64,000 bases of DNA from Dehalococcoidia bacterium (GCA_965207225.1 CBDBLV010000005.1:1888001-1952000); one strand, 5' to 3'. Shown: positions 1 to 9,731, counted from the stretch's first letter. Program-made: numbers and translations. Notes: a model not told the origin generated them from the sequence alone.

Positions 1-56
1 ATGATTTGACTCAGACAGTCGAGCTGAGTGACAGCAGCAGAAAGGGATAAGCCAAA

Positions 57-365
57 GTGGTTCAGTCAAGGCCGAGAACGGGTCCACCCAGGGAGAGGCG
101 AGGAGGCAGGCCGTGGTTTGCGCGCCGCCGGAAAGTCTGCTCTTTCTGCGTCGACAAGGTGAAGAGCATCGACTACAAGGACCCTGTGAAACTGAGGCGT
201 TTCATTTCGGACAGGGCGAAAATAGAGCCCCGACGAAAGACGGGTACGTGCGCAAAACACCAGCGCATGCTAACCAGGGCCATCAAGAGGGCCCGTACGA
301 TAGCCCTGCTGCCCATAGCGGCCAACCACATTCTGGACACCGGCCCGATAGTCGTCTCCGCATAG
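57..365 (+). CDS. rpsR: 30S ribosomal protein S18 (Zn-binding CxxC form)
   Basis: RRKVCSFC...IDYKD...[26 protein letters not shown] is the S18 signature. Confidence 0.97.
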   Translation: MVQSRPRTGPPRERRGGRPWFARRRKVCSFCVDKVKSIDYKDPVKLRRFISDRAKIEPRRKTGTCAKHQRMLTRAIKRARTIALLPIAANHILDTGPIVVSA

Positions 366-451
366 GGAGGCGACCTGACTTGACAGACATGTCTCCAGGG
401 ATGATATCCGAGAGACGTGGATCCTTCTGACAATCCAACTGATCGCCACAC

Positions 452-1765
452 ATGAGCACCCAACCAGTTGCCCCATCGAAGAAGATTGGGATTGGACTAA
501 TGGGCGTCGGGGTGGTGGGGAAGGGGGTGGCGGCCCTGTTGAACGAGAAGGCTGGGGCGCTGGACGCGGGCCCCGGCCGATCCCTGGAGATTCGTAAGAT
601 TCTTGTCAGAGACCTCGCCAAGTCGCGACCCGGCTTTTTGTCTTCTTCGCTTTTAACCACGAACCCGGACAATCTGCTCCGTGACCCGGATATAGACATA
701 GTTGTTGAGGTGATGGGTGGGGAGGAGCCGGCTCGGGGGTATATCAGCGAGGCGTTGTCCCAGGGGAAGCACGTGGTGACGGCCAACAAGGAGGTGATGG
801 GGAAGCACGGACCGGACCTGTCGGGAATGGCCCAAGAGAAAGGCGTAGCGCTGCTATACGAAGCTAGTGCGGGGGGCGGGATTCCCCTTATCAGCACACT
901 GCAGCATGATCTTTCGGCCAATGAAGTCCAGGGCATTACGGCTATCATCAACGGGACGACAAACTACATCCTGACTAGGATGTCCAACGAGGGCATCGAA
1001 TACGGGGAAGCGTTGGCCCAGGCCATGGAACTGGGTTATGCGGAACCTGACCCATCGGCGGACATTGAAGGGACAGATGCGGCGCACAAGCTGGCCCTGA
1101 TTGCCAGCCTGGCATTCCACTCTGAAGTACGTTCTTCGGATGTATATTGCGAAGGGATATCCCGGCTCGCGGCTCGGGACTTCCAGTACGCCCGGGAACT
1201 GGGCTATGCAATCAAGCTGCTGGCCATTGCGAAGAATGACGGGGAGTCGATCCATGTCGGAGTTCACCCGACGCTGATATCCGAAGACCTGCTCCTGGCC
1301 AAAGTGGACGGGGTGTTCAATGCCATCCAGATAGATGCCGACGTGGCAGGCCGCATTCTGCTCTACGGACGGGGCGCGGGCCCCGAGCCGACAGCCAGCG
1401 CGATAATCTCGGACGTACTGAGAATTGCGAAGGCGATGTCGATGGGGCAGGCGAACGGATGGCCGGCGTCGGTGGCTGCTCCGAAGGCGATCAAGCCGAT
1501 GGAGGAGACCGAGAGCCAGTTCTACGTGCGCATGACGGTGGACGACACTTATGGCGTGATGGCACAAATTACGCACATTTTCCAAGAGCTGAAGATCAGC
1601 CTGGCTTCAGTGATCCAGAAGCGGTCGGATCCGGTGAACAAGACTGCGGAGATAGTATTGATGACCCACCCGGCGCCCGAGAAGGCGATGAGGAAGTCGG
1701 TGAAGATGATGGAGGGGCTGAACGCAGTGAGGGAAATTGGCAACGTGGTCCGGGTGGAAGGCTAG
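452..1765 (+). CDS. hom: Homoserine dehydrogenase with C-terminal ACT domain
   Basis: GxGxVG, VVTANK, EASAGGGIP, NGTTNYIL, GYAEPDP, GRGAG motifs. Confidence 0.95.
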   Translation: MSTQPVAPSKKIGIGLMGVGVVGKGVAALLNEKAGALDAGPGRSLEIRKILVRDLAKSRPGFLSSSLLTTNPDNLLRDPDIDIVVEVMGGEEPARGYISEALSQGKHVVTANKEVMGKHGPDLSGMAQEKGVALLYEASAGGGIPLISTLQHDLSANEVQGITAIINGTTNYILTRMSNEGIEYGEALAQAMELGYAEPDPSADIEGTDAAHKLALIASLAFHSEVRSSDVYCEGISRLAARDFQYARELGYAIKLLAIAKNDGESIHVGVHPTLISEDLLLAKVDGVFNAIQIDADVAGRILLYGRGAGPEPTASAIISDVLRIAKAMSMGQANGWPASVAAPKAIKPMEETESQFYVRMTVDDTYGVMAQITHIFQELKISLASVIQKRSDPVNKTAEIVLMTHPAPEKAMRKSVKMMEGLNAVREIGNVVRVEG

Positions 1766-1767
1766 GG

Positions 1768-2850
1768 ATGGGGATACGGATGGGACAGGGAGTCCTGGGC
1801 AGATACGGCGAATATCTCCCGTTAACGGATAAGACGCCGATGATCACCATCGGCGAGGGGAGCACACCCCTGGTGCGTTCCAGGGTCATTGAGAAGGAGC
1901 TGGGGGTCGGGGAGCTGTATTTCAAGCTGGAGGGGTGCAACCCGACAGGATCGTTCAAGGACAGGGGTATGGTGGTGGCAGTGGCCAAGGCACTGGAGGC
2001 GAAAGCGGAGGCGATAATGTGCGCCTCTACGGGGAATACGAGCGCCTCGGCATCGGCTTTCGGGGCCCGGTTCGGACTGGCGACCTACGTCCTGGCACCG
2101 AAAGGAAGGATAGCAAAGGGAAAGCTATCACAGGCACTGGTGCATGGGGCCAAGCTGGTAAGCGTGGACGGCAATTTCGATGAAATCTTGAGAATAGCAC
2201 AGGCCTTGACTGACAAATTTGAAGTGGCTTTCGTCAACTCTCTAAACCCTCACCGAATAGAAGGGCAAAAGACAGCGGCGTTCGAGATTGTGGATGAACT
2301 GGGGTCGGCGCCCGACTACCTGATGGTTCCGGTAGGCAATGCGGGAAACATCACAGCTTACTGGAAGGGATTCAAGGAGTACGCCGAGCTCGGAAGGGCA
2401 TCGAGCAGGCCGCGCATGATGGGCTTTCAAGCCGCCGGAGCGGCGCCAATAGTTGAAGGAAAGCCGGTGGAAAACCCTCAAACTGTGGCCTCTGCGATCA
2501 GGATAGGGAATCCAGCTAGCTGGGATGGTGCACTGGCGGCGGAGAGGGAGTCAGGAGGGGCCATTAGCAAGGTCACTGATGATGAAATCCTGGATGCCTA
2601 CGGTGCAATGGCAGAGAAAGAGGGGATATTCGGGGAGCCGGCGTCTGCGGCCTCTGTGGCGGGGCTGTATAGTATGGTGGGAGATGGGCAGGACCTACGG
2701 GACTCTTCGGTGGTCTGCGTAATCACCGGAACCGGTTTGAAAGACCAGGAGATAGCGTTGCAGAGCCGGGGCACATTCTTGGAGGCGCCATCGACAGTAG
2801 ATGGGGTGGAAGGGGTGTTGGGGTTGAGCCGGGTTCGGGCCTCCGCTTAG
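1768..2850 (+). CDS. thrC: Threonine synthase (start at ATG 1768 or 1780, not 1459)
   Basis: FKLEGCNPTGSFKDRG PLP-lysine motif, CASTGNTS, PVGNAGN; follows hom. Confidence 0.95.
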   Translation: MGIRMGQGVLGRYGEYLPLTDKTPMITIGEGSTPLVRSRVIEKELGVGELYFKLEGCNPTGSFKDRGMVVAVAKALEAKAEAIMCASTGNTSASASAFGARFGLATYVLAPKGRIAKGKLSQALVHGAKLVSVDGNFDEILRIAQALTDKFEVAFVNSLNPHRIEGQKTAAFEIVDELGSAPDYLMVPVGNAGNITAYWKGFKEYAELGRASSRPRMMGFQAAGAAPIVEGKPVENPQTVASAIRIGNPASWDGALAAERESGGAISKVTDDEILDAYGAMAEKEGIFGEPASAASVAGLYSMVGDGQDLRDSSVVCVITGTGLKDQEIALQSRGTFLEAPSTVDGVEGVLGLSRVRASA

Positions 2851-2859
2851 GAAATACAG

Positions 2860-3420
2860 TTGATAGACAAGGAAGCGATACAGGGTGCGGTCGAGCGGAT
2901 AATATGCGGGCTTGGGGTTGAGGGGACCAGCGATGGGTTGAAAGACACTCCCGCAAGAGTGGCTGCGGCGTACGAAGAGCTGTTTTCGGGGGTGGGTCGG
3001 GATCCGAGGGAGGACCTGGCTGCGTGTTTCATGGAGGAGCACGAAGACCTGGTGATGGTAAGAGACATGCCCCTGTACTCCATGTGTGAGCATCACCTGC
3101 TGCCATTCTTCGGCACGGCACACATCGGATATTTGCCCAGCGGAAAGGTGGCAGGCGTGAGCAAGTTGGCCCGGGTGGTGGAAGTGCTGTCACGGAGGCC
3201 GCAGATGCAGGAACGCCTGACTGAGCAGGCGGCGGACACGATATATGACGCAGTATCCCCTGACGGGCTGGCGGTGATAATCAATGCGGAACACCTGTGT
3301 ATGACCATGCGTGGAATACAAAAGCCCGGGACCCGGATCGTTACGCTGGCCGCGAGGGGAAGGTTTGAAAAGGGGCGGTTCAGCAAAGAACAACTCATTT
3401 CGATACTCCAGGGGAGTTGA
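2860..3420 (+). CDS. folE: GTP cyclohydrolase I
   Basis: TPARVA, SMCEHHLLPF, GVSKLAR, QERLT, HLCMTMRG motifs. Confidence 0.96.
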   Translation: MIDKEAIQGAVERIICGLGVEGTSDGLKDTPARVAAAYEELFSGVGRDPREDLAACFMEEHEDLVMVRDMPLYSMCEHHLLPFFGTAHIGYLPSGKVAGVSKLARVVEVLSRRPQMQERLTEQAADTIYDAVSPDGLAVIINAEHLCMTMRGIQKPGTRIVTLAARGRFEKGRFSKEQLISILQGS

Positions 3421-4400
3421 TGTCGGGGCTGCGTATAGAGCGGGAGACATTTTCGGGGTTGGGGCCTCGGTGGGAGGAGTTGTTGGAGAGGGCGGCAGCG
3501 AACAACATTTTCCTCAGTCCACAATGGCAAAGTCTCTGGTGGAACTCACTAGCGGATGACGAGGAGATGATGCTGTTAGCCTGTCTGGACGAGAACGATC
3601 TGGTAGGAGTGCTGCCCCTCAAGAGAAAAGAGGGGCATCTTTCATTCATTGGCAGTGCAAACGTGTGCGACTACATGGACTTCGTGGTAGCGGAGGGTCG
3701 AGAGAAGGAGGTGCACCAGGCTATTGGGGAATACGTGCTGGGTTTGGAGTGGAAGACGCTGGAACTCAATGGGGTTGATGGCAAGTCTGCGACGATGACG
3801 CACCTGGTCGAATGTCTGAGGGGTTGTGGGGTGGAGGTGACGGTGAGGCCGGAAGAGGTGTGTCCGACGGTGAAGCTGCCCGGGAGCTGGGACGAATATC
3901 TGTCGAGACTGAGCAAGAAAGACCGGCATGAGCTGCGCCGGAAGCTGCGTCGTCTTTACAGTGCAGGAGACGTGAGATATCATATCGCCGCTCAATGTGA
4001 CGAATTTCCCAATGACTTGGAGGTGTTTCTGAGGCTGCTGGAGGGCAGTCGGGCTGATAAGGCTGCATTCATGACGCCGAGGATGAGAAAGTTCTTCGAG
4101 AACAGTCTCAACGGGTTGGCAAAGACGGGCTCGGTGCGGCTCAGCTTCCTGGAGGTGGACGGAGAGCGGGTATCAGCGACCGTGTGCTTCGACTACGACA
4201 ACCGGTATTTCCTCTACAACAGCGGGTTCAATACGGAGTATTCGCACCTGAGCGTTGGGCTTCTTCTGAAAGCGTTGTGCCTGAAGACAGCCATAGAAAC
4301 GGGCAAGACAGAGTTCAATTTCCTGAGAGGCTCCGAGCCGTACAAATATCACCTGGGGGCAGTTGACGAAGTTGTATACACGATATCAGCAAACCGCTAG
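3420..4400 (+). CDS. GNAT-family (FemAB/CelD-like, Acetyltransf_6) acyltransferase
   Basis: CDYMD, WDEYLSRLSKKDR.ELRRKLRR, YNSGF, FNFLRGSEPYKY motifs. Confidence 0.8.
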   Translation: MSGLRIERETFSGLGPRWEELLERAAANNIFLSPQWQSLWWNSLADDEEMMLLACLDENDLVGVLPLKRKEGHLSFIGSANVCDYMDFVVAEGREKEVHQAIGEYVLGLEWKTLELNGVDGKSATMTHLVECLRGCGVEVTVRPEEVCPTVKLPGSWDEYLSRLSKKDRHELRRKLRRLYSAGDVRYHIAAQCDEFPNDLEVFLRLLEGSRADKAAFMTPRMRKFFENSLNGLAKTGSVRLSFLEVDGERVSATVCFDYDNRYFLYNSGFNTEYSHLSVGLLLKALCLKTAIETGKTEFNFLRGSEPYKYHLGAVDEVVYTISANR

Positions 4401-4436
4401 GGAGCCGTACTCCTTTTCCATTCAGTACGTTCATTC

Positions 4437-5660
4437 ATGTCCATGTCCACGGATACTCTGCGGGTAGCGCTAGTCAGCGTCCACGGTTGTCCCCTCGCCC
4501 GATTGGGAGAGAAGGACACCGGGGGCATGAACGTATACCTGCTGCAACTGACCAAGGAGCTGGGCAGCCTGGGCATCACCGCCGACGTATACACCCGATT
4601 CCACGACCCGAACGATCCCGAGATAGTTCAGCTGGGCCCCGGGGCACGGGTCATTCACGTCAAAGCGGGCCCCTGGTACGAGACCAAGGACGGGATTTAT
4701 CCTCTGCTTCCGGAATTCGTAGAGAACATGCTGCGCTTCCAGCGTGAGCGCGGGCTCTCTTACGATCTATACCATAGTCATTACTGGCTGTCGGGGGAGG
4801 TGGTGGCGAGATTGAACCGGCGGGAGAGGCTGCCACATGTTGCGAGTTTCCATACGCTTGGGGAAGCGAAGGTAAGGGCTCGGGCGGAGGAGAGCGAGAG
4901 CGAAGTGCGAATACGATCGGAAAGGGACATTCTGCACAGGGCTGACCGCATCGTGGCGGTGAGCGAACACGAACGGGGCAACATGATCGACTTCTACGGG
5001 GCCCCGGGGGAGCGGATACAGGTGATCCCGTGCGGTGTGGACATGGACATCTTCAAGCCAATGCCCAGGAGCCAGGCGAGAGCGGAGCTAGGGTTGGGCA
5101 GCGAAAAGGTCCTGTTGTACGTCGGGAGGGTGCAGCCTCTCAAGGGGCCCGAGTTTCTCCTGGAAGGAGTTGCGAGGCTGGGGGTGCGGTCCGGGTTGAA
5201 GGTGTTGATCGTGGGGGGAGCCGTGACAGGCGACGATGAAGTGGACAAAGTAAGGCGCCTGGCGGAGGAATTGGGAATCGGGCGGATGGTCTCCTTTGAA
5301 GGGACAGTGCCCCATAAGAAACTGGTGCATTACTACAACGCCGCAGACCTGTGCGTTGTGCCATCTTTCTACGAAAGCTTCGGGCTGGTGGCGGCAGAGG
5401 CGATGGCCTGTGGCACGCCGGTGGTAGCCACAGCGGTCGGGGGGTTGCCGGAGACCGTGAAGGATGGGCTGAACGGCTGCCTAATCCGGGAGCGAAGGCC
5501 GGAGGCGCTGGCCGAGAAGGTGAGCTTGTTGCTGGATGATCCGCAACTACGAGGCTTGCTGGCATCGAAGGCACGGGAGTCGGTGGCGGGGTTGGACTGG
5601 CCGCGGGTAGCGGGTCGGGTGGCGGGGCTTTACGAGTCGGTGTACCGGGCGGTCAACTAG
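4437..5660 (+). CDS. mshA: MshA-like GT4 glycosyltransferase (D-inositol-3-phosphate glycosyltransferase-like)
   Basis: HGCPLARLGEKDTGGMNVY, HSHYWLSG, FHTL, GRVQPLKG, ESFGLVAAEAMACGTPVV match actinobacterial MshA motifs. Confidence 0.75.
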   Translation: MSMSTDTLRVALVSVHGCPLARLGEKDTGGMNVYLLQLTKELGSLGITADVYTRFHDPNDPEIVQLGPGARVIHVKAGPWYETKDGIYPLLPEFVENMLRFQRERGLSYDLYHSHYWLSGEVVARLNRRERLPHVASFHTLGEAKVRARAEESESEVRIRSERDILHRADRIVAVSEHERGNMIDFYGAPGERIQVIPCGVDMDIFKPMPRSQARAELGLGSEKVLLYVGRVQPLKGPEFLLEGVARLGVRSGLKVLIVGGAVTGDDEVDKVRRLAEELGIGRMVSFEGTVPHKKLVHYYNAADLCVVPSFYESFGLVAAEAMACGTPVVATAVGGLPETVKDGLNGCLIRERRPEALAEKVSLLLDDPQLRGLLASKARESVAGLDWPRVAGRVAGLYESVYRAVN

Positions 5661-5666
5661 GGCCGA

Positions 5667-6572
5667 CTAAAGGATCCGCTCGTACCAGACGGTCACGGCC
5701 TGTCTCCTGAATCCACCGGCACGATAGATCCTGTGCGCGCTCGGGTTGAGGCTGTCGACGGTGAGGTCGATGCGGGAAGCGCCCGAATCTCTCAGGTACT
5801 GGACGCCGGCCCGCATTATCGAGGTGCCGAGGCCCTTGCCCCGGTATTCGGGGTGGGCACCCATCATTCCTATCCAGCCCTGGGTGCTCTTTTCACTGCG
5901 TTCCAGCCGGGTCCAATTGAAGCCGATGGTGTTGTCGCCGTCCAGTACGAGAAGGATGTCGTTGAAGGAGAAGAGGCCCATGCGGACCTTGTAATAGATG
6001 TCCTCGGGGCGGTTGGGGCTGTAGCCCCAGTGTTTGGCGAAGGAGAGGTTCTGGATGAAGCGGAGCCGGTCTTCGTCGCCTTCACAGAAGTGGCGGAGCT
6101 GGAAGCCTTCGTAGAGGTCGGGGTTGGGGACGGACGTGGGGTCGTTGAGCTTCATCTCCCAGAACTTGCGGATGAATCGGAAGCCGCAGCGCCTGGCAAG
6201 TCTTCGTGCGTTGAGTGCTGCGTATGGAACGGCCATCTGGATGATTTCGTAGCCGAGGTCGGATGCCCGATCAGCCGATGCTTCGACGAGTCGGGTGCCG
6301 GCGCCCTGGCGAAGGTGGTCGGGGTGGACGGCTCCTTCGAGGACGACGCGTTTCAAGGGCGGCTCGAGGTTGGCGATGAGGTAGCCGATGGGAGAGTCGC
6401 CATCGAGGGCGAGGAATACGTCACGCTCCGGGTCGATGGTGGGTTGACCTAGCCAGACGGAGAGGTTGTCGAGTGAACGGCCGGCCCACCAACCCTTGTC
6501 GCCGTGGATGGAGTTTGTGAGAGACCAGAGGCGGTCCAGGTCTGAGTGTTGGTAGCTTTTGACGGTGATTAT
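5667..6572 (-). CDS. Tandem-GNAT acetyltransferase, MshD (mycothiol synthase)-like; probable ATA start
   Basis: Two GNAT motifs (VHPDHLRQGAG, HPEYRGKGLG...NPSAHRIY..GF); frame open to 6620; SD AAGGAGG at 6587-6581 lies 8 nt before in-frame ATA 6572, giving 301 aa. Confidence 0.75.
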   Translation of the reverse strand: MITVKSYQHSDLDRLWSLTNSIHGDKGWWAGRSLDNLSVWLGQPTIDPERDVFLALDGDSPIGYLIANLEPPLKRVVLEGAVHPDHLRQGAGTRLVEASADRASDLGYEIIQMAVPYAALNARRLARRCGFRFIRKFWEMKLNDPTSVPNPDLYEGFQLRHFCEGDEDRLRFIQNLSFAKHWGYSPNRPEDIYYKVRMGLFSFNDILLVLDGDNTIGFNWTRLERSEKSTQGWIGMMGAHPEYRGKGLGTSIMRAGVQYLRDSGASRIDLTVDSLNPSAHRIYRAGGFRRQAVTVWYERIL

Positions 6573-6617
6573 GGTATGGGCCTCCTTATGTGATTTGACG
6601 CTGGATGTGTAATTCTC

Positions 6618-6646
6618 AGGTTACATATTGGGGGGTGGAGGGGCAA
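6618..6646 (-). promoter_or_regulatory. Putative sigma70 promoter of the mshD-like gene
   Basis: TTGCCC-N17-TAACCT on the minus strand. Confidence 0.45.
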
Positions 6647-8216
6647 GGGGTTGGCTCCGTCGATAGGCCGGAGGAATACGGGGTCGTTGTCCAGTTGTGG
6701 GGGTGGGGTTTTGATTGAACGTTGATTGAACTCGTAGCTGGTTTGATTGAACGATGCCTAGAGGGATTTCTGGGGATTTCGCGTGTCGCTGGGGGCAAGG
6801 AAGATGGGCGAGTTTTTGATTGTTTTGCGGTTTCAGGCACGGCTTTGATTGTTTAAGGAACACGGAGGGAACCCTCACCCCCTTTATCCCCCTCTCCCTT
6901 AGGGCCTTTAAGGGAGAGGGGGAAGGAAAAACAGAGGGAGCAGTTGGCGCGCCTGCGCCAACTGCTCCCTCTAGTTTCAATACTGGGGGAGGAAAGGAGG
7001 GATTCTTGACCGGAGTCGGGGACGACAGAGAGGGGCGCCTCAGTCTCAGAAGAAGGAAGGGAACGCTCACCCCCTTGGTCCCCCTCTCCCCCTCGAGGGG
7101 CTCGGGGCAGGCGCTTCCCTCTAGTTTGGTACTGGGGAGCGGGGAGGGGGCACCACCCCAGATTCCTCGCGGGGCATCGGAATGACAGTGTGAGGGGTGT
7201 TGGTTTGTGATTACAATCCCACACGCTGGGGAGGGGATCACCCTCACCCCAGCCCTCTCCCCTCGAGGGAGAGGGGGTAGGACTCCTCCCCTCGACTCCG
7301 CCCGTGGGGTGGATTCTAGATCGGGGGCGGGAGTGACAGTGTAAGAGTCGGGGCGGAGGGAGAGGGGGAGGGGGAGGGGGTGGAAGGTCCCGGACGGTTT
7401 GCGCAGGATGTCGGCGACGCCTGTTCCGATGCGGGGTGTCCGCCCCCGGGGACGGTCCACACCAGCGTCGATTCTGCGACAGCCCCACACTTCCGATAGG
7501 ATGTGGACGAGACGCGAGATATTCTCGCTCTGGGGCAGCCTCGTCCACCGGAAGCGCTCTAGCACCCCAAGGGGTGAGAGCATGGACCCGTGACCGCCGT
7601 TCATAGACCGGAACTTGCCGATGGTGACGACGGTGGAATCACAGCCCCATACTTCCGAGAGGATGTGGACGAGACACGAGAAAATCCCGCTCTGGGGCAG
7701 TCTCGCCCACTGGAAGTGCTCTAGCACCCCAAGGGGTGAGAGCGAGGACCCGTGACCGGCGTTCGTAGACCGGAACTTACCGGTGGTGACGACGGTGGAA
7801 TCCATAAACGGTCTGTTTGTTTTGAGTCGGGCAACCTCCGACTGCTCGGATTGGCCGGCAAGGTGTATGCCGGGGAAGTCCAAGAAGGGCGCTATGGCCC
7901 GATGGAGCAACATTACACCGTGCTCCTTAGCGTCGCCTGACGGGGCGAAACCGTTGCGCCCAGAGAGTGGGGCGCGCACTTGGCAGCTCATAGAGAGGGC
8001 ATGCCGTGATTTGTCCGGGAACCTTCCTTGCAGGGGGCGGGACAGTGATTGATCGCTGCGAAGGCCGAGGCGTTGGGCCTTTGGGCAGCGCTTGTAGTGG
8101 GTGTTGGGGTGCAGGACGGTAAAGGGAAAGGGAGTGGGGCTGAGGCGCGTGCCGGGGGCCGGGCGGCGGAATGCTGTTCGGCTGAGACGGGGCCTATGTA
8201 GGCCGGTGCGGCTCAT
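6621..8216 (-). CDS. Orphan ORF (531 aa) built partly of repeats; coding status uncertain
   Basis: Open 1.6 kb; AAGGAG just before ATG 8216; upstream promoter; no recognisable domain. Confidence 0.3.
   Translation of the reverse strand: MSRTGLHRPRLSRTAFRRPAPGTRLSPTPFPFTVLHPNTHYKRCPKAQRLGLRSDQSLSRPLQGRFPDKSRHALSMSCQVRAPLSGRNGFAPSGDAKEHGVMLLHRAIAPFLDFPGIHLAGQSEQSEVARLKTNRPFMDSTVVTTGKFRSTNAGHGSSLSPLGVLEHFQWARLPQSGIFSCLVHILSEVWGCDSTVVTIGKFRSMNGGHGSMLSPLGVLERFRWTRLPQSENISRLVHILSEVWGCRRIDAGVDRPRGRTPRIGTGVADILRKPSGTFHPLPLPLSLRPDSYTVTPAPDLESTPRAESRGGVLPPLPRGERAGVRVIPSPACGIVITNQHPSHCHSDAPRGIWGGAPSPLPSTKLEGSACPEPLEGERGTKGVSVPFLLLRLRRPSLSSPTPVKNPSFPPPVLKLEGAVGAGAPTAPSVFPSPSPLKALRERGIKGVRVPSVFLKQSKPCLKPQNNQKLAHLPCPQRHAKSPEIPLGIVQSNQLRVQSTFNQNPTPTTGQRPRIPPAYRRSQPLAPPPPNM
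6866..7340. repeat. Cluster of REP-like palindromes
   Basis: CCCTCACCCC..CCCTCTCCC..GGGAGAGGG hairpins (6872, 7241), GATTCCTCGCGGGGCATCGGAATG (7161), GATTC..GG..GACA types (7001, 7311). Confidence 0.75.
7479..7802. repeat. Tandem duplication, 2 x 162 bp
   Basis: 7479-7640 and 7641-7802 align without gaps with scattered substitutions; 54-codon period. Confidence 0.95.
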
Positions 8217-8278
8217 GGGACTCCTTTGGTCCTGCATTGTGATGGGCGCCGAGGTGTGAGGTCGGCGGCCTGGAGTGT

Positions 8279-8307
8279 AGTATAGCACGGAGGTTCAGGT
8301 AGGGCAA
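8279..8307 (-). promoter_or_regulatory. Putative sigma70 promoter with extended -10
   Basis: TTGCCC-N17-TATACT with TGn extension on the minus strand. Confidence 0.55.
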
Positions 8308-8345
8308 ATGTCCAATTTCAGGGGGATGCCCTTCGGCCCCACAGG

Positions 8346-8880
8346 GGAACCCTCACCCCCTTGATCCCCCTCTCCCTTAGGGCCTTTAAGGGAGAGGGGG
8401 AGAGAAGAACAGAGGGCTACGTGGGTGCTGCGCACCCACGTAGCCCTCTAGTTCAGTACTGGGAGAGGAAGGGGGAAGGAGGTAAAGGGTATGAGTGGGC
8501 AAATCCTAGATCCCTCGAGGGGCATCGGAATGGGATGGGAGAAGGGGGGTGGCCGTAGACTGAGGTGGAATATTGGCGGGGCGAGGGCCACGCTCCGCTC
8601 ATACTTCGAGTGGCCTCAGCATGAGTGGCCCTGCCCCAAGGCGACCCGCCGGTCGCCCCTACGGGAACCCAACCCCACTCCGCGGGATGGATTCCCGATC
8701 GCAGTTGGGAATGATGGTGTAGAAGGGGATGGATTCACGCAAGGGACATACGCCCATGTGCATCTTCGACATCTTCGGCCCGATCGGGGTCGGGGATGAC
8801 GGGATAGGGTGGGTGGATATGAAGTGGGCGTGTGGTCGGTCTACGCCTCAGATTCCTCGCGGGGCATCGGAATGGGATAG
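8346..8880. repeat. Second cluster of REP-like palindromes
   Basis: Copy of the 6866-6990 unit at 8346-8475; GATTCCTCG-type at 8509 and 8851; CCGCTCATACTTCGAG..CTCAGC-type at 8594; GGATTCCCGATC..GGGAATGA at 8690. Confidence 0.75.
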
Positions 8881-9021
8881 GGGGAGGTGGGGGAGGGATG
8901 AGGGATAAGCAAGGGGGAATTGTTGGGATTGACAGGGGTGTCGGGGTTGTAGGAAAGTAGCTTGCCGACCCGGGTTGCGAGATCCGGGCATCGAAACCCA
9001 TTCCCAGGAGCAATTCAGCCG

Positions 9022-9723
9022 ATGATTCCCACCCCCAACACCGTGCTAGTAGTTACCCCTCACCCAGACGATTTTGAGTTCGGGTGCGCAGGGATAGTGA
9101 CCAAATGGATAAAGGAAGGAAGTCGGGCGATCCTGGTGGTGGCAACGAATGGAGACAAGGGCACGGATGACCCGGAGATGACGTCGGAGAAGCTGGCGGC
9201 GATACGGCGGGAAGAGCAGCTGGATGCGGCCCGGGTGCTGGGGCTAAGCGAGGTGGTGTTCCTGGACTATCCGGACGGAGGGCTGGAGGACAGTACGGAG
9301 TTTCGGGGGAAGCTGGTGAGGAACCTTCGGCTATACAAGCCGGAGGCAGTTTTCACTACCTATCCGCACCGGAGGAGTTTCTACCTGCACCGGGACCACC
9401 GGATGGCGGGCCAAGTAACCCTGGATGCGGCATTCCCCTACGCGAGAGACAGGCTCCACTTCCCGGAGCACTATGAAGAGGGGCTCGAGCCGCACAAGGT
9501 GAAGCACATCCTGTTCTGGGGAAGTGAGGACCCCGACACGCATTTCGACATTTCCGAGACTATAGATCTGAAGATAACGGCGCTGAAGTGCCACAAGAGC
9601 CAGGTGGCCGATACGGAAGACTGGAACGTGGCAGAGAGCGTGAAGAACCACGCCCAGAACCTGGGTCGGGACAAGGGGATCCAATATGCCGAGGCGTTCA
9701 AGGTGATGAACCTGCGGGGCTAG
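9022..9723 (+). CDS. PIG-L family deacetylase (MshB/BshB/Mca-like)
   Basis: PHPDD, TNGDKG, RREEQ..AA..LG, HRDH, HKSQ motifs. Confidence 0.9.
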   Translation: MIPTPNTVLVVTPHPDDFEFGCAGIVTKWIKEGSRAILVVATNGDKGTDDPEMTSEKLAAIRREEQLDAARVLGLSEVVFLDYPDGGLEDSTEFRGKLVRNLRLYKPEAVFTTYPHRRSFYLHRDHRMAGQVTLDAAFPYARDRLHFPEHYEEGLEPHKVKHILFWGSEDPDTHFDISETIDLKITALKCHKSQVADTEDWNVAESVKNHAQNLGRDKGIQYAEAFKVMNLRG

Positions 9724-9731
9724 GGCGCCGA

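Noticed and set aside
1459-1767. N-terminal extension of thrC in the ORF track
   Set aside because: Overlaps hom in another frame; homology starts near 1768-1780.
6483-6491. Another exact GGCCCACCA
   Set aside because: Inside the mshD-like coding region and lacks the GTTC/GAAC arms; expected by chance in GC-rich DNA.
6866-8880. Possible CRISPR array among the repeats
   Set aside because: No constant-length repeat-spacer periodicity and no cas genes in the window.
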